A stretch of 19,504 bases of DNA, taken from the NCBI GenBank assembly GCA_048941285.1, contig JBHLNS010000055.1:1-19504 (forward strand), written 5' to 3'. Within the stretch, counting starts at the first letter, position 1. Every line of letters starts with the position of its first letter. Of this stretch, positions 17,801 to 19,504 are shown in pieces. The notes below the pieces were generated by a model. That model saw only the letters and a list, made by a program, of their open reading frames with translations. It had not been told where the DNA came from and ran no database searches. Source of the DNA: Promethearchaeota archaeon (GTDB lineage Archaea; Asgardarchaeota; Lokiarchaeia; Sigyniarchaeales; SOKP01). A program made the translations under genes and the position numbers.

Positions 17801-18976
17801 TTATGACATATTCACAAATCTACCAGATTTAAGTAAATCACAAGGTTTTAGATAAGGTTTATCTAACTTTTCAGCTGTTTCTTCTAAAAGCTTAGCTAAT
17901 TTTTCATAGTTTTTAGTAGCATATTCCATTGGACCCGAAAAGTTCATACCTGCTAAAATTGCTTCGTCAATTACTTTCCAATTCGTTACAACACCCTCCT
18001 CTAAGATTCTACATCCTTCATTGGCATTAATCGCGTTAAAAATCTCAGTATCAACAAGTCCCGCTTTTTTTGTGAGATCAGGTTGAGGCCTTCCCTTTGA
18101 CCAATCATAGAATCCTCTTCCTGTTTTTTTCCCCAGAGTCCCCTTTTCAATTTGCATAGTTAAAACTTTCCCGGGTTTAAAATCTGATGAAAGCTTTTCG
18201 CTATAGTAAAGTCCAGCATGATAAGCTATATCACGCCCTGTAAAATCTGATAAGGTTAATGAAGACATTGGCGTATTTGGTCTCGTTAGATCAGCGTCTA
18301 CTTGTTCCCAAGGAATACCCTTTTCATAAGCTAAATCAATTATGTAATTAGAATAAATATTTCGAGGTGCCAGTACACGGTTAACAATAAAACCTGGTCG
18401 ATCTTTCAGTACACGAGCAACATACCTTTCTCCTCTTAAGCATGGTAATGATTTCGCAACCTCAACTCCTATATTCATAGATTCATCAGAACTTTTATCA
18501 CTCTTAATTACTTCAATAAGTCGCATTAAAGGAGCTGGATTAAAGAAATGCATCCCGATTACATTTTCAGGTTTAATACATTTCTCAGCGATCTCAGTGA
18601 TACTAATTGAAGAAGTGTTTGAAGCAAAGATACAATGATCAGGAGAGTTTTCAATAACATCTTTACAGAGGTTTTGTTTTACATCTAACTTTTCTACAAC
18701 TGCTTCAATTACCAAATCTCCATCTTCAACTGCCTTAATAATATTTTTAGAAGTTTTTAATCTTGCTAAATAATCAGATGCACATAAACCTTCAGGTAAT
18801 ACTCCCTTTGATTCTAACTTTTCAAATCCTGTTTTAATGTAATTCAAACTCGTATCAATAATTTTATCGTCGATATCAACCGCAATGACATTATAACCTG
18901 CCATTAAGCAAACTTGGGCGATACCTTTACCCATATCGCCAAAGCCAAGCATCACAATGTTCTTAACATTTGCCAT
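17801..18976 (-). CDS. 3-hydroxyacyl-CoA dehydrogenase (NAD-binding domain + duplicated C-terminal domain)
   Basis: GFGDMGKGIA Rossmann loop, IEAVVEKLDVK, ASNTSS, GMHFFNPAPLMRLIE, PGFIVNR, LGKKTGRGFYDW, second C-domain NEGCRILEEGV...ID.A...G. Confidence 0.93.
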   Translation of the reverse strand: MANVKNIVMLGFGDMGKGIAQVCLMAGYNVIAVDIDDKIIDTSLNYIKTGFEKLESKGVLPEGLCASDYLARLKTSKNIIKAVEDGDLVIEAVVEKLDVKQNLCKDVIENSPDHCIFASNTSSISITEIAEKCIKPENVIGMHFFNPAPLMRLIEVIKSDKSSDESMNIGVEVAKSLPCLRGERYVARVLKDRPGFIVNRVLAPRNIYSNYIIDLAYEKGIPWEQVDADLTRPNTPMSSLTLSDFTGRDIAYHAGLYYSEKLSSDFKPGKVLTMQIEKGTLGKKTGRGFYDWSKGRPQPDLTKKAGLVDTEIFNAINANEGCRILEEGVVTNWKVIDEAILAGMNFSGPMEYATKNYEKLAKLLEETAEKLDKPYLKPCDLLKSGRFVNMS

Positions 18977-19331
18977 TTAGATCAAAGTCATTTTGTAATT
19001 AAATTTAATTTATAAATATACGTTATACATTAAATAATCTTTTTGTAATAAAGTATTTTAAAATTTACAGCCAAATTTAGGTTAAAGTAATTAGAATGGA
19101 TTATAATTAAAATTAAATAGATCTTGAGTATAAGAGAAAAATGAGAAGAGATTTTTAATAAGAATGATTGGATATTGTTTATAATCTATATTCTTCCCAA
19201 TGTTTTCTCTATGTAATTATGTAAAATAGTGATCAAACTTTCAGTAATATATTTCATAAAAACTATTTAAACACCGTTTATTTCTTTAGTTAAGATATAG
19301 TCTAAAATAAAAATGGATAGTTGAACTTAAG

Positions 19332-19504
19332 ATAGAAACAATAAAGAACGAAATTAAAATAATAAAAACTGGCTGTTGCCACGATTGTGGTGGTCGCTGT
19401 ATTCTTAGAGCTCATGTAAAAAATGGGAAAATTATAAGATTTGAAACTGATAATGGAGAAGAGCCACAATTAAGAGCTTGCTTACGGGGAAGGGCGTATA
19501 GACA
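19332..19504 (+). CDS. Molybdopterin oxidoreductase catalytic subunit, DmsA-like, 5' part only, apparent ATA start (not in ORF track)
   Basis: Manual translation: (I/M)ETIKNEIKIIKTGCCHDCGGRCILRAHVKNGKIIRFETDNGEEPQLRACLRGRAYR. The C-x3-CGGRC...RAC.RGRA.R pattern is the N-terminal 4Fe-4S site of the DmsA type. Runs off the window end. Confidence 0.88.
   Translation, partial: METIKNEIKIIKTGCCHDCGGRCILRAHVKNGKIIRFETDNGEEPQLRACLRGRAYR

Noticed and set aside
1-19504. tRNA/rRNA genes, CRISPR arrays, IS elements
   Set aside because: By eye, no GC-rich structured segment, regularly spaced repeats or transposase ORF; tRNAscan-SE and Infernal were not run.

Overview
Low-GC, gene-dense prokaryotic chromosomal window, most likely archaeal. 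The evidence is TTTATATA boxes, GGTGA-type Shine-Dalgarno (SD) motifs, oligo-T terminators, an archaeal Lrp and a carbamoyl-phosphate synthetase (CPS) with eukaryote-like motifs; an Asgard/Lokiarchaeia origin is my inference, not verified. Content, left to right: Lrp/AsnC regulator divergent from glutamine synthetase; a small hypothetical; a three-part fused DppB-DppC-type permease; a heterodimeric ABC exporter; carA-carB; a 363-aa hypothetical; a TetR regulator; a FabK/nitronate monooxygenase-family flavoprotein; a 3-hydroxyacyl-CoA dehydrogenase; and the 5' end of a DmsA-like molybdoenzyme. The ORF track missed two convincing genes because neither has a usable ATG/GTG/TTG start: a stand-alone Lrp ligand-binding (RAM) domain protein at 9478-9762 (apparent ATT start) and the DmsA-like gene (apparent ATA start). 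Main leads: recurrent SD-preceded near-cognate start codons; a fused DppBC permease lacking both EAA coupling loops with no cognate ATPase or binding protein in the window; a mirror-symmetric lrp/glnA promoter-operator; and hidden small ORFs in 8907-10048. I saw no RNA genes, CRISPR arrays or mobile elements.
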